Of a stretch of DNA of 51,838 bases, positions 1 to 9,204 are shown in pieces. Source of the stretch: an uncultured bacterium. GTDB taxonomy: Bacteria; Patescibacteriota; Microgenomatia; UBA1400; PJMF01. The notes under the pieces were generated by a model. It was not told the origin of the DNA and did no database searches. It saw nothing but the letters and a program-made list of their open reading frames with translations. Position 1 is the stretch's first letter. Each line of letters begins with the position of its first letter. The position numbers and the translations under genes are program-made. The stretch lies in the NCBI GenBank assembly GCA_903959355.1, contig CAJBWJ010000032.1, positions 1 to 51,838 of the forward strand. The letters are read 5' to 3'.

Positions 1-289
1 TAATTTTTCTAAAAACCACGTGAAAGATGTTCTTACCAAAAACATCATATTGAACATCATCAACTAAGACAGGAACTTCGCTTTTTTCACCTTCAATTTG
101 AAGATAAACGATAGCGTTTTCATTCAAATGACGAGACAACTTTACAAAAGCAAGATTATTTAATTCTAAAGAAACAGAGTCTTTTCCAGCCTGATACATA
201 TTGGCAGGAACAATACCCTCTTTACGCAATTGATTGACTTTTTTATCCTGTCTCTTAGAAACAGCAAATTTAATTTTTTCCATACTCAT
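1..289 (-). CDS. rplY: 50S ribosomal protein L25/Ctc, N-terminal part (3' end runs off the window)
   Basis: Missing from the ORF track because it is truncated by the window edge. Reverse-strand ATG at 287-289, and the frame stays open to base 1. Translation MSMEKIKFAVSKRQDKKVNQLRKEGIVPANMYQAGKDSVSLELNNLAFVKLSRHLNENAIVYLQIEGEKSEVPVLVDDVQYDVFGKNIFHVVFRKI fits the L25/Ctc pattern (LR..G.VPA..Y ... GEK..V.V.D.Q.D ... I.H..F). Confidence 0.7.
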   Translation of the reverse strand, partial: MSMEKIKFAVSKRQDKKVNQLRKEGIVPANMYQAGKDSVSLELNNLAFVKLSRHLNENAIVYLQIEGEKSEVPVLVDDVQYDVFGKNIFHVVFRKI

Positions 290-314
290 TACCTTTCTTG
301 GTTAACAGGCAGTT

Positions 315-323
315 ATTTTAACA
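315..323 (-). promoter_or_regulatory. candidate extended -10 element for rplY
   Basis: Reverse strand reads TGTTAAAAT (TGn + TAAAAT) 25 nt upstream of the rplY ATG. The AT-rich background makes chance matches plausible. Confidence 0.3.
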
Positions 324-477
324 CAATAAGCCTTGACTTAAAAGCCAGCGTTATTAATAACAAACTATATCAAACTAAAAAGAGTTTTGTAATATTGGAT
401 ATGGCAAAAAGACTGCTGCCAAAGCAAAATTATTAATCCTAAAAAATAAAGCACGTGGAAATTAAGGCTTTTGTTCT

Positions 478-3411
478 CTACTCACTGAAGTTAATGGCAA
501 ACAAAAAATGATCTAGATTGTCATTCTCGAAGCGAATAGTCTTATCCTGATAAATAGCTTGGGGAGCGATGAGTTGTGGCTTAAATTGCTCATCAAAAAC
601 TATGTTGTAATTTGTTTTCTTAGAAAAAATTCCTGGTTGTTTTTGATCGAAAAAAACATAGGAAAATGGGGGGTTCATTTTATTTGGAACAAGATATGTA
701 ATCGAGAGTTCAATCTTAGATTGTTTTGGAATTTCCAAAAGAACAGATATTTCTTTGCCATCAACCGTATCAACTATTTTAATTCTTTGTTCTTCTAACT
801 TTTGACTATTAATCTCAATTTTTTCCAAACTTGCCTCTGGATTTAAATAAAACTTTAAATAATTACGATAAGCTCCAAGGGGCCAAATGTCAGTTTTTGA
901 AAAATTTTCAAAAGTAATTTTGCGCTTGTGACGTATGAAATCCTTGCTTATTCCAAGATTGTGCTCAATTGTTTCTCTAATATAAGGATTAACCTTATTT
1001 ATTCCCACGTTATTCTCCACTTGATATAAAGAGTCTAAAAGACAATTTTCTTGTTTAAATTCTGCTGGACAGATTACTCCAATTTTTTTGCCGCTCCAAG
1101 AATTAGCTTCAATTGCCTGTTGCAATCCTTGATTGCTGGTCTGAATTAAGATTTCTCTTTGATTTAGATGCTCAGTTAAAAGATTGCTGAAGGCAGCAAA
1201 GGAGTTTCCATTTAATTCTAATGTCTTTTTAAACAAGGCTTTGGCAAACTGCCAGGTAAATTTCTCATCACCAATATTTTTGTAATCCAGGGAGGCAGTT
1301 TTCTCCTGTCTTTCTAAATAATTAGAGGCATTAATCAGAAGATTCTCTCCTAAATCTACTCCATCTAAAACTCTCAGTAGTTCAGCTATTGTTTTAGTGT
1401 TAAGAGCTAATGTTAAATCAATTTTTGATCCGGTAATCTGCTCTACAAACCATGCAATTTCTTGACTACTTTTGACAAAATCAGCTTGCCAATTACTGTC
1501 TCTAAGATAAAGCGAGTTTTCCCCAAGTATGTCTTTTATTTCTTGATTGGATTCTTTGCGACCATAGATTCTTGAATCAAGATCGTTCACATCTAAAATT
1601 TGCTTGTCTACCAAAACGGCATTGTCAAAACTTAAGAGAATTACTTCTGTTAAAAATCCTCCAGTTGATCTGATTTCACTGCTATCTTGAATTAAGATAA
1701 GAAAGTTAACTCTGCCTGGAGAAAGCATTAAATCTCTAAATGAGGTAAAAAATCTTTTAAATTGCAGAGCATCTCTGAGCGCTGTTTTATTTGTGTTAAG
1801 ACTAGATTGCCAAACAGTTCTCTCCTCTCCCTGATATAGATCAAGGTTTAAAGACATTAAATAAGAGTTAAATATTTTTTCTTTTTCTATTTTTTCATCT
1901 GTTGATAAGGCTAAATCACCATAAGATTGCTTCAATTCCACTCCCCCTTCAAGGGTTTTTTTATATAAATCGTAAGCTATTTTTTGGTTTTTATTTTTAC
2001 TTTCAAAAAGAGATGCTAGGGAATCATTTAGCCTTCTAACATCTAAGGCATCACTAAGATTTTCTTCTGAAAAAATCTTCGAATATTGGTTTAGTTGAAA
2101 ATTAAAAAAGCTATAAAGAACTGACTTATCAATGTTTTCTATTCCATCTCCTTTGTTTTTAACTGAATTAAAAAGCTGGTGTTGGAGGTTTTTATAACTC
2201 GCATTAAAAAGAAAAAACAAACCGATAAACACAGAACCCAAACCAAAACCAACGGTTCCAATCCAAAAAAGAATTTTTCTTTTTTTGCTTTTTTTAATAA
2301 TTTCTTTACCCTGACTTATATTTTTTACTTGGCGAGCTTTTTTGGCTTGTTTTCTTTGAGTAGAGAACAGGCTTTCGATTTTTGTAGCAAACTCAGAGCT
2401 TGAATTCACATCCTCGGGTTCTTTTTGTGGCTCTTTATGGGCTTGATTAATCAAATCCAATACTTGCTTGCTTTCTTTTTCTTCAAGCCCCTTAATTGCC
2501 AGCTCTTTTTCTTGCTCCCTAATCTTATGCAATTTATTCATCTCTAGAGCTTTTATTATATTTGCTTCAGAAGGCATTGTTAAAGATATTTCGCTATCTG
2601 ATTTGGAAATATCTCTAATTTTTTGATCAATAAGATTTTCGATTTGTACTCTAGAATTATTGACAACAGCGAATTCTTGAAGAAAAAGAGGTTTTTTTTC
2701 ATCAGAGAAAAGCTCAACCAATAAAAGCTTCTTTTGAAAATATTGCTCATAAAGATAAGTAATATTTTTAAGCAACTTAGCTGAAGAAAGAGAAGATCCT
2801 TTAATAACAAATTTTGCAGAGTGATGAGGCTTAATCAAATGATCTTTAATTAAATTAAAAAAACTCAATTCATCCTGGAAATAAAACTTTGCTTGCAAAT
2901 CAAACAAATACCCTTGCTTAATTGCAGAAAAAAACAGGAGTAGAGGGTGACTAATTTTTTTATTATTAATTAATATGTCTTGAGATAAAAAAACGAGACT
3001 TCGATTAAACTTTAAAATAAAATCTTTCAAGAAAGTCGCCTGGTTTTTTAAGTGTTTTTTATATTCTGGAACAAAATCATCTAAAATATCTAGAGTTGTA
3101 GTAAAAGGAGAAATTAAAATAATAGGAATATTCTCTTTTTGTTGCTCATTCAATAAATCAAAAAAATCAAAAATTCTGAGATACAGGTCTTGAGAATTAG
3201 AGTGAAAACCATAAATAAAAATAATTTTATAAACTCTCTTAATCTGTTTAGCGATTTTTTCATACTCTAAGAAAAAACTTTGATCGAGATTCACCAACTC
3301 TACATCTAAAGAATTAGATTTTAAAAAGTCAGTTGTCATTTTTGGAATAAAAAGATCAGTTTCAGAAACCACTAAAACGATTGGTTTTTCTTCCTCTGAG
3401 TGATAGAGCAT
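478..3411 (-). CDS. DUF4012-domain membrane protein (large cytoplasmic N-domain, one TM, extracytoplasmic DUF4012-like region)
   Basis: 977-aa ORF. Single TM helix ILFWIGTVGFGLGSVFIGLFFLF near residue 385. The C-terminal part carries a DUF4012-type signature (ILIQDSSEIRSTGGFLTEVILLSFDNAVL). The N-terminal ~380 aa have no domain I recognise. Confidence 0.6.
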   Translation of the reverse strand: MLYHSEEEKPIVLVVSETDLFIPKMTTDFLKSNSLDVELVNLDQSFFLEYEKIAKQIKRVYKIIFIYGFHSNSQDLYLRIFDFFDLLNEQQKENIPIILISPFTTTLDILDDFVPEYKKHLKNQATFLKDFILKFNRSLVFLSQDILINNKKISHPLLLFFSAIKQGYLFDLQAKFYFQDELSFFNLIKDHLIKPHHSAKFVIKGSSLSSAKLLKNITYLYEQYFQKKLLLVELFSDEKKPLFLQEFAVVNNSRVQIENLIDQKIRDISKSDSEISLTMPSEANIIKALEMNKLHKIREQEKELAIKGLEEKESKQVLDLINQAHKEPQKEPEDVNSSSEFATKIESLFSTQRKQAKKARQVKNISQGKEIIKKSKKRKILFWIGTVGFGLGSVFIGLFFLFNASYKNLQHQLFNSVKNKGDGIENIDKSVLYSFFNFQLNQYSKIFSEENLSDALDVRRLNDSLASLFESKNKNQKIAYDLYKKTLEGGVELKQSYGDLALSTDEKIEKEKIFNSYLMSLNLDLYQGEERTVWQSSLNTNKTALRDALQFKRFFTSFRDLMLSPGRVNFLILIQDSSEIRSTGGFLTEVILLSFDNAVLVDKQILDVNDLDSRIYGRKESNQEIKDILGENSLYLRDSNWQADFVKSSQEIAWFVEQITGSKIDLTLALNTKTIAELLRVLDGVDLGENLLINASNYLERQEKTASLDYKNIGDEKFTWQFAKALFKKTLELNGNSFAAFSNLLTEHLNQREILIQTSNQGLQQAIEANSWSGKKIGVICPAEFKQENCLLDSLYQVENNVGINKVNPYIRETIEHNLGISKDFIRHKRKITFENFSKTDIWPLGAYRNYLKFYLNPEASLEKIEINSQKLEEQRIKIVDTVDGKEISVLLEIPKQSKIELSITYLVPNKMNPPFSYVFFDQKQPGIFSKKTNYNIVFDEQFKPQLIAPQAIYQDKTIRFENDNLDHFLFAINFSE

Positions 3412-3469
3412 TACTAAAACATTCTAGAACAAAAAACAAAGGGGAACAAAGCCTATTAAAATTTTACAA

Positions 3470-3889
3470 TTATTTACCGTCATCCATGGCCTGATTGGCC
3501 AGCATATCCGCCATTTGATTTTCTATTCTTGGAATATGTTTTATTTCACAAGAAGAATAGGGGATTAATTTTAAAAGCTTCCAATTTTCTTCAGCCAAAA
3601 TTCTGAGATGAGCTTCTTTGATTTTCCAATTTTTATTCATTTGTTCAACTACTAGTTTAGAATCCAGCTTAAAAACAATCGCTGTTTTTTCTTTAAAATT
3701 ATTTTTTAGATAATTTAAAGCTAAATTCATGGCTAAATATTCAGCTTCATTATTTGTTTTTATTCCAAGAAATTTATATTCTCGATGAATTTCTTGATTA
3801 TTTTCGTCGGTAACAAAAACACCAATTCCGGCTGGACCGGGATTTCCTCTTGAACCACCATCAGTAAAAACAATAATTTTTCCCTGCAT
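3470..3889 (-). CDS. rnhA: ribonuclease HI
   Basis: 139 aa. DGGSRGNPGPAGIG ... NNEAEYLAM ... ENQMADMLANQA reproduces the RNase H type-1 catalytic pattern. Confidence 0.85.
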   Translation of the reverse strand: MQGKIIVFTDGGSRGNPGPAGIGVFVTDENNQEIHREYKFLGIKTNNEAEYLAMNLALNYLKNNFKEKTAIVFKLDSKLVVEQMNKNWKIKEAHLRILAEENWKLLKLIPYSSCEIKHIPRIENQMADMLANQAMDDGK

Positions 3890-3921
3890 ATTTGCCGCTT
3901 TATTAACGCAAAGCCTGGTAA

Positions 3922-4380
3922 TTAATTTTCTTTAAATTTGATAACCAGAACCCTCTCTTCATCTCTGTCTTCGGAAAAACTTTCAACTTCTTTAAGGGTT
4001 TCGTCTGCTGCTAAAGCACTGTGCACAAGATAGCGCTCATAAGAATTTAGGTCGTACATTTCTTGAGATTGTTTTGTTTCCAACACCTTACGTGCAATTC
4101 CGAGAGCTTTTTCTTTAAGTCTATCTTCAGATGCGCTTCTATATTCATTAATATCAAGAATTATTCTTTTATCAGGAAATTCATCCTTAAATGAAAGTTT
4201 GGTTAAAAGCTCAATTGCCTCAAGAGTTTCACCGCGATTGCCTATTAATAGGGCAACGTCGGTAGCTGGAACTGTAATTGCAATTTTTAGACGATCATCT
4301 AATTCTTCGAGAAGAATCTCAAAGTCATCGTCTACTCCTAAATGTTTAATTAATTTTTCTAAATATTCTTGTATTTTCAT
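3922..4380 (-). CDS. jag: Jag/KhpB-type RNA-binding protein (KH + R3H)
   Basis: 152 aa. KH-like GxxG (IGNRGETLEAIE) and R3H-like YERYLVHSAL. Lies immediately downstream of yidC, the conserved yidC-jag pairing. Confidence 0.75.
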   Translation of the reverse strand: MKIQEYLEKLIKHLGVDDDFEILLEELDDRLKIAITVPATDVALLIGNRGETLEAIELLTKLSFKDEFPDKRIILDINEYRSASEDRLKEKALGIARKVLETKQSQEMYDLNSYERYLVHSALAADETLKEVESFSEDRDEERVLVIKFKEN

Positions 4381-4389
4381 TTTTACTTT

Positions 4390-5361
4390 CTATCTTTTTT
4401 TATTTTTACGATTTTGTTTAATGTCTTTTTTAGATTTAGTTGCTCTTTTATTTTTTGGCTTAGTAGGACTTTTGTTTCCATCTATGCTTTTAAGGACGCT
4501 GGCTAAAGATTCACTATTAGATTTTTTAGCAAAGATTTCATTTTTTTTAATATATATCTTACTTGGAATTTTGGTAAGAGATTTATCATTTGAAATATTT
4601 AGATATTTGCCTTTTAGTGGACCGACCGCTGCCACATATTTATTCCAATACATTGCTAGTCCACCCCAACCAGAAATAAAATATTGAGTAACAATGGTAA
4701 TTATTGTTCCAATTACCCAGTAGAGAGCTAGTCCTGATGGAAGTTTGAGAGCTATAAAAACAGTCATAATAGGCATTAAAAAAATCATTTGCTGCTGCAT
4801 TGTAGAAGCCATCTCGGCGAGATCTTCTTCTTTTTTATTTGCTTCTTGGACGTTTTGAAGTTTGGAGTCATTGCTAACTATGTCTCTAGTTTGAGTTGCT
4901 GGAGAAATCATCAAAGACAAGAAAAATTGAGTTATACCGGCAATAATTGGCAAAATATAAGTTTTATCAGCTTGTCCTAAATTTACCCATAAAAATGTTA
5001 GGTTAAATTGAGAGCCGGTATTATTAAAAAGACCAATAATGCTTTGATAGAGCACAATCAAAATAAAGAACTGTAAAAGTTGTGGCAAACAGCCAGCTAA
5101 AGGATTAATATTATAACTTTTGTAAAGCTGTGCTTGAGCTAAAGCTAGACCTTGTTTATCTTTACCATGTTTTTCTTTAAGCTTTTTCATCTCTGGCTGA
5201 AGCTCTTGGATTTTTTTGCTAGATTTAATACTTGGAAGAGTTAGTGGCAATAAAATTAAACGAATTAAAATCGTAAAAACGATAATGGTTAAACCGAGAT
5301 TATTAAAAATTGAGTCTAAAAAAATTAAGACGGAAGAAAAAAAGTTAATAAAAATATTCAT
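4390..5361 (-). CDS. yidC: membrane protein insertase YidC (monoderm type, basic C-terminal tail)
   Basis: 323 aa, polytopic. NPLAGCLPQLLQ and GLALYWVIG motifs are typical of YidC/Oxa1. The last ~85 aa are Lys/Arg-rich (…KPKNKRATKSKKDIKQNRKNKKR). Confidence 0.9.
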   Translation of the reverse strand: MNIFINFFSSVLIFLDSIFNNLGLTIIVFTILIRLILLPLTLPSIKSSKKIQELQPEMKKLKEKHGKDKQGLALAQAQLYKSYNINPLAGCLPQLLQFFILIVLYQSIIGLFNNTGSQFNLTFLWVNLGQADKTYILPIIAGITQFFLSLMISPATQTRDIVSNDSKLQNVQEANKKEEDLAEMASTMQQQMIFLMPIMTVFIALKLPSGLALYWVIGTIITIVTQYFISGWGGLAMYWNKYVAAVGPLKGKYLNISNDKSLTKIPSKIYIKKNEIFAKKSNSESLASVLKSIDGNKSPTKPKNKRATKSKKDIKQNRKNKKR

Positions 5362-5370
5362 TTAATTATC

Positions 5371-5559
5371 CTAAAATCTGAGGCAGTTTAAACTTCGCCA
5401 TAAACCTTGTAATAACCCGACAATTGTACCATTTTTTTTAATTTGCGCAGCTGTGTATCTGCTGCAGCTAGGAGTCTGATGACAAGAGAAAGAAGAACCA
5501 AAAAGAGTAAAAAAGATTTGATGCTTAAAAGCTGCTAAAAAATTATAAATTCTTGGCAT
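5371..5559 (-). CDS. yidD: membrane protein insertion efficiency factor YidD
   Basis: 62 aa. SCHQTPSCSRYTAAQIKKNGTIVGLLQGLWRSLNC matches the YidD cysteine pattern (C..PSCS.Y ... G ... R.L.C). Located between rnpA and yidC, with a 17-nt overlap with rnpA. Confidence 0.75.
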   Translation of the reverse strand: MPRIYNFLAAFKHQIFFTLFGSSFSCHQTPSCSRYTAAQIKKNGTIVGLLQGLWRSLNCLRF

Positions 5560-5902
5560 TTATCTTTTCTATTAGAGTAGAGAAGTCTTCTCTTAAAAGA
5601 TTCTCGTCTTTTACAAAAGTTCTTTTAATAACAATTACTAGGTCGTTTTTTTTAAGTAAAGAAAATTTATTTTTCTCAATTTGTTTTTCAAGAAGACTAT
5701 ATTGCATGCGACGAAAATGATTTCTATCTGTAGCTTTACTAAAGATTACTTTTGGACTCAGGCACGCAACTTTTAAAAATTCATCATTTTCTCTCAGATA
5801 TGCCAAAAAAAATCTAGAAGAAAAGAAAGAAGATTCTCCTTTTTGAAAAATAGAAGAATTCTTTTCTAAAGAAAGATTTAATCGGTGTTTTTTAGCTAAC
5901 AT
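5543..5902 (-). CDS. rnpA: ribonuclease P protein component
   Basis: 119-aa basic protein with KATDRNHFRRM (A..RN..KR-like motif), 11 nt downstream of rpmH. Confidence 0.8.
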   Translation of the reverse strand: MLAKKHRLNLSLEKNSSIFQKGESSFFSSRFFLAYLRENDEFLKVACLSPKVIFSKATDRNHFRRMQYSLLEKQIEKNKFSLLKKNDLVIVIKRTFVKDENLLREDFSTLIEKINAKNL

Positions 5903-5913
5903 TTATTATAAGT

Positions 5914-6060
5914 TTACCAATGCTTGGCAACGGCTAGTCTTTTACGACCTTTAGCACGACGACGTTTAATGACAATTTGTCCAGTCAAGGTTTGCATTCT
6001 CTTCAAGAAGCCATGCATTCTCATTCTCTTTTTTTTCTTTGGATTCCATGTTCTTTGCAT
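5914..6060 (-). CDS. rpmH: 50S ribosomal protein L34
   Basis: Below the ORF-track size cut-off. Reverse-strand ATG at 6058-6060 and TAA at 5914-5916. The 48-aa product [48 protein letters not shown] carries the L34 signature. Confidence 0.95.
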   Translation of the reverse strand: MQRTWNPKKKKRMRMHGFLKRMQTLTGQIVIKRRRAKGRKRLAVAKHW

Positions 6061-6069
6061 AAGTTAGTG

Positions 6070-6078
6070 ATTATATCA
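6070..6078 (-). promoter_or_regulatory. extended -10 promoter element of rpmH (near-leaderless)
   Basis: Reverse strand reads TGATATAAT (perfect TGnTATAAT) inside the 39-nt dnaN-rpmH spacer. The hexamer ends 9 nt before the rpmH ATG, with no SD in between. Confidence 0.55.
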
Positions 6079-6099
6079 TAAAAAATATTGCTTTAAAGA

Positions 6100-7209
6100 C
6101 TAACTGTTGACTCTAAAAGGCATTGCTATATAGAAATAATCGTCTATTTTTTTGTCTTTAAAAACAGCTGGTTTTAGACTTTCATTCATTCCAAATTCCA
6201 GAGAATCTGGTTTTACTGCGTTAATAAAATCAATTAAATAATTAACATTAAAAGCGATTTCTCCATCTTCGCTTGATAGGTTGTTAATTAGAATCTCTCC
6301 AGAATAATCTCCGAGGGCGGGGGATTGAGAAGTGATATTCATTTTGTCTTTTTCTATTTTTATTTTAACAATATTGGAGACATCTCTTGAAAAAATAGCT
6401 GCTCTCTTAAGCTGTGTCAAAAATTCCTCACCATCAAATTCTATTTTTAAAGAAAAACTTGGAGGAATAATTTTTTCATAAGGAGGGTAATCTCCTTCAA
6501 TTAATCTCACATACATTTCAACTCCATTAATTTTAAACAGAAGCTGCTTTAATTCATCTGAGACTAATATTTCTATACTCTCAACATTAATTTGTTTAGC
6601 GATTCTATATAGCTCATTCAGCGCCTTAGCTGGGATTAAGATCGTTCTTTCTTTCTTAGAATTAATGTCTCTTAGGATTAGATTGCTTAAACGGAAACCA
6701 TCCGTTGCTACGACTTCTAAGCCATGTTGTCCAAATTTTAATAAAAGAGCTGTGAGAATTGGTCTGGACTGATCTATTCCGGCGCAAAAAGAGACTAGAT
6801 TTTGAATTTTCTCCAAGTCTTTTAAATCAAAAATGAAAGAATCTCCTTCAACTACTGGAAAGTTTGGAAATTCATCACTCTTTTGACAAGACAATTTACT
6901 TACAGTCTTATTTTGAGTAATTATCAAAGAGTTTTCTTTTAATTCAATCTCAACTTTTCCGTTATCCAAAGAATTTATTAAGCTTTTAAAAAGTTCTCCA
7001 TTGACTATCAATTCTCCTTCTTCTTCTATTTCAACTATCAATTTTGTTTTTATTCCTAAATAAAGATCTGTCGCTGAGAGGGTTAATTCATTGTCTTTTG
7101 CTTTTAACAGAATAGAAGAAAGAATAGTAATTTGAGGTTTATTAGGAATTACTTTCTGTAGGTAGTTTAGCGAGTTTTTTAAATTTTCTTGTAAAACTTT
7201 TAGTTTCAT
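6100..7209 (-). CDS. dnaN: DNA polymerase III beta sliding clamp
   Basis: 369 aa, immediately downstream of dnaA. Clamp-typical VVATDGFRLS and a C-terminal ...YIAMPFR... motif. Confidence 0.9.
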   Translation of the reverse strand: MKLKVLQENLKNSLNYLQKVIPNKPQITILSSILLKAKDNELTLSATDLYLGIKTKLIVEIEEEGELIVNGELFKSLINSLDNGKVEIELKENSLIITQNKTVSKLSCQKSDEFPNFPVVEGDSFIFDLKDLEKIQNLVSFCAGIDQSRPILTALLLKFGQHGLEVVATDGFRLSNLILRDINSKKERTILIPAKALNELYRIAKQINVESIEILVSDELKQLLFKINGVEMYVRLIEGDYPPYEKIIPPSFSLKIEFDGEEFLTQLKRAAIFSRDVSNIVKIKIEKDKMNITSQSPALGDYSGEILINNLSSEDGEIAFNVNYLIDFINAVKPDSLEFGMNESLKPAVFKDKKIDDYFYIAMPFRVNS

Positions 7210-7516
7210 ATTTTCTTTTACTTAATTATATATTCTTAGTAGTTGTAGTAGTAGGGCATGTGAATAAGTTAATATTTTTGTTTGTTTCTTCTAGTATTTA
7301 TTCAAATGCTGCAGTTCATAAGTGGCGTTATTTTGTTAATTATTTTGTTGAATTATGTAGAACTCTGTCTAAAACTATTATAACTTTTCAACAGTCCTAT
7401 AAGCTTTTTGAGTTATTGTTAACAATGTTTTAACTTTTTATCAACCGAATTTTCCACAATTGTTAATAACTTTGTTTTTATTTTATTTAATACTTAATTT
7501 TTAAAAGATGTATCAA
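7210..7516. other. candidate oriC module in the dnaA-dnaN spacer (DnaA boxes + AT-rich unwinding tract)
   Basis: 307-bp non-coding spacer. TGTGAATAA at 7259-7267 (rc TTATTCACA) and TTTTCCACA at 7450-7458 each have 1 mismatch to TTATCCACA. Two-mismatch copies sit at 7385-7393 and 7438-7446. The tract 7471-7506 has only 2 G/C in 36 nt. Confidence 0.5.
7225..7230 (-). promoter_or_regulatory. candidate -10 hexamer for dnaN
   Basis: Reverse strand TATAAT lies 15 nt upstream of the dnaN ATG (7209). This implies a 5' UTR of about 8 nt without an SD. Confidence 0.3.
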
Positions 7517-9094
7517 TTAATTTGAGATAGCTATCAGTGACATTTTCATTGCAGAAACGTCTTGCTGAATACTTTGGTTTAAAATTAAATCTTGCTCAAT
7601 TTTTTTAACAGCATGAATAACACTACTATGATCTCTTCCTGAAAACCACTGGCCTATTTCCTCGAGAGGGATTTGAAGTTCGTTTCTAAGTAGATACATG
7701 GCAATATGTCTTGCTTTAACTAATTCTTTACTTCTTCTTTTACCACGAACAGCGCTTTGTTTCATTCTGTAATGATTGGCAACAGTTTTGATGATATCTT
7801 GAGGTTTAGCCTTGATTATTTTTTGTTGATTTTGTTTTATTTCGCTCTGTAATATTTTATCAATTAAAACTGAATCTAGAGACAAATTTTGTAGCTCAAC
7901 TGCTGATCTAATTTTTTTAATAATTCCTTCAATTCTTCTAGCACTATCCACCTGTGACGCTATCTTTTGAGCTAATTCAATTGGTATATCAAGTTTATTT
8001 GATTGAGCTTTTAATAAAAGAATTGCAGTTCTTAGCTCAAAAGTTGGTTGCTGAATATCAATCATCAATCCGGCCTCAAAACGAGATCTCAAGCGATCTT
8101 CAAGAAGACTTATCTCCTGAGGCGGACGATCTGAGGTAAGAATAATTTGAGAGTTGATGGAAGTAAGAGCATTAAAAGTATGAAAAAACTCTTCTTGAAC
8201 AGAATTTTTGCCAGCGATAAACTGAATATCGTCTAAAAGAAGAAGGTCTGTTTTGCGATATTTATTTTTTAATTGCAGTGTCGTGTGGCTTTTTATTGCT
8301 CTGACTATTTCATTCGTGAACTGTTCTCCGGAAGCATAAATAATTTCTGCTTCTGGATTGTTTTTAAGCATGTGATGGGCGACAGCATGAATAAGATGAG
8401 TTTTACCAACTCCAACCCCTCCATATAAGAAAAGAGGATTATAGCTTGTTCCTGGATTATTGGCGACGGCGGTGGCAGCTGCATGAGCCATCTCATTGCT
8501 AGATGAAACAGCGAAACTCTCAAAAGTATAGTCTTGACGGAGTCCAATCTGTTGAGCGCGAACCTTAATTCTGTCAAAAGTATTGTTATTAATATTCGCT
8601 TGAGAAAAAAGCTCTTCTACGGTTGGAGATTGTCTATTTCCTTGGTCGTTGCTAAAACTTTTATTGACGATCAAATTATTTTTGAATTCATTATAGTTTT
8701 GTTTGTTTATTTCTTCATGGCTTGGGGAATGTTGCTGTTGAGGATTGCTCTTTGAAAGATTTTCTCCAAAAGCCTCTCTATTTGGATTATTTGAATTAGC
8801 TGATCTTTTTAAATCAGTGACAACAAACTCTATTTCCAGTGGTTTGTTAATATATTTTTCTAATGCTGTTTTTATTTGAGAATATAAGTTCGATTTTAAA
8901 TTCGTTACATGAAAGCCAGTCATGCATGAAATTGTCGCAATTGCATTCTGGTCGTTTTCAATTTTAATTGAAGTCAAGGGGCTTGGAACAATCCAAGTAT
9001 TAAAAAAAGCAGGACTAAGACTGGCTTCTAAATCAACTTTAGCCATCTGCCAAATTTGCTTGATGGTTTCCGAATCATAGACTTGCTCTGACAT
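7517..9094 (-). CDS. dnaA: chromosomal replication initiator DnaA
   Basis: 525 aa. Walker A GGVGVGKTHL, Walker B LLLDDIQF, C-terminal DNA-binding domain (KARHIAMYLLR ... GRDHSSVIHA). Long Asn/Gln/Ser-rich domain II linker. Confidence 0.95.
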   Translation of the reverse strand: MSEQVYDSETIKQIWQMAKVDLEASLSPAFFNTWIVPSPLTSIKIENDQNAIATISCMTGFHVTNLKSNLYSQIKTALEKYINKPLEIEFVVTDLKRSANSNNPNREAFGENLSKSNPQQQHSPSHEEINKQNYNEFKNNLIVNKSFSNDQGNRQSPTVEELFSQANINNNTFDRIKVRAQQIGLRQDYTFESFAVSSSNEMAHAAATAVANNPGTSYNPLFLYGGVGVGKTHLIHAVAHHMLKNNPEAEIIYASGEQFTNEIVRAIKSHTTLQLKNKYRKTDLLLLDDIQFIAGKNSVQEEFFHTFNALTSINSQIILTSDRPPQEISLLEDRLRSRFEAGLMIDIQQPTFELRTAILLLKAQSNKLDIPIELAQKIASQVDSARRIEGIIKKIRSAVELQNLSLDSVLIDKILQSEIKQNQQKIIKAKPQDIIKTVANHYRMKQSAVRGKRRSKELVKARHIAMYLLRNELQIPLEEIGQWFSGRDHSSVIHAVKKIEQDLILNQSIQQDVSAMKMSLIAISN

Positions 9095-9156
9095 TTTTTG
9101 TCTTTCTTTAAAATTAAGAACAGGGTGGGGCAGTAAATAAGCGAACTAGTGCTTAC

Positions 9157-9177
9157 TTATACACAAGGTTTTCCACA
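9157..9177 (+). promoter_or_regulatory. pair of DnaA-box-like 9-mers upstream of dnaA
   Basis: TTATACACA (9157-9165) and TTTTCCACA (9169-9177), same orientation and 3 nt apart. They lie in the 110-nt spacer between the virB4-like stop (9205) and the dnaA start (9094). Confidence 0.5.
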
Positions 9178-9204
9178 GTTAGCAAGGGGCAATTTTTGAA
9201 ACTA

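Noticed and set aside
4199-4687. 162-aa plus-strand ORF across the jag/yidC junction
   Set aside because: It is antisense to two well-supported genes. The composition (S/R/L/F-rich) is what antisense reading of Lys/Glu-rich coding DNA produces.
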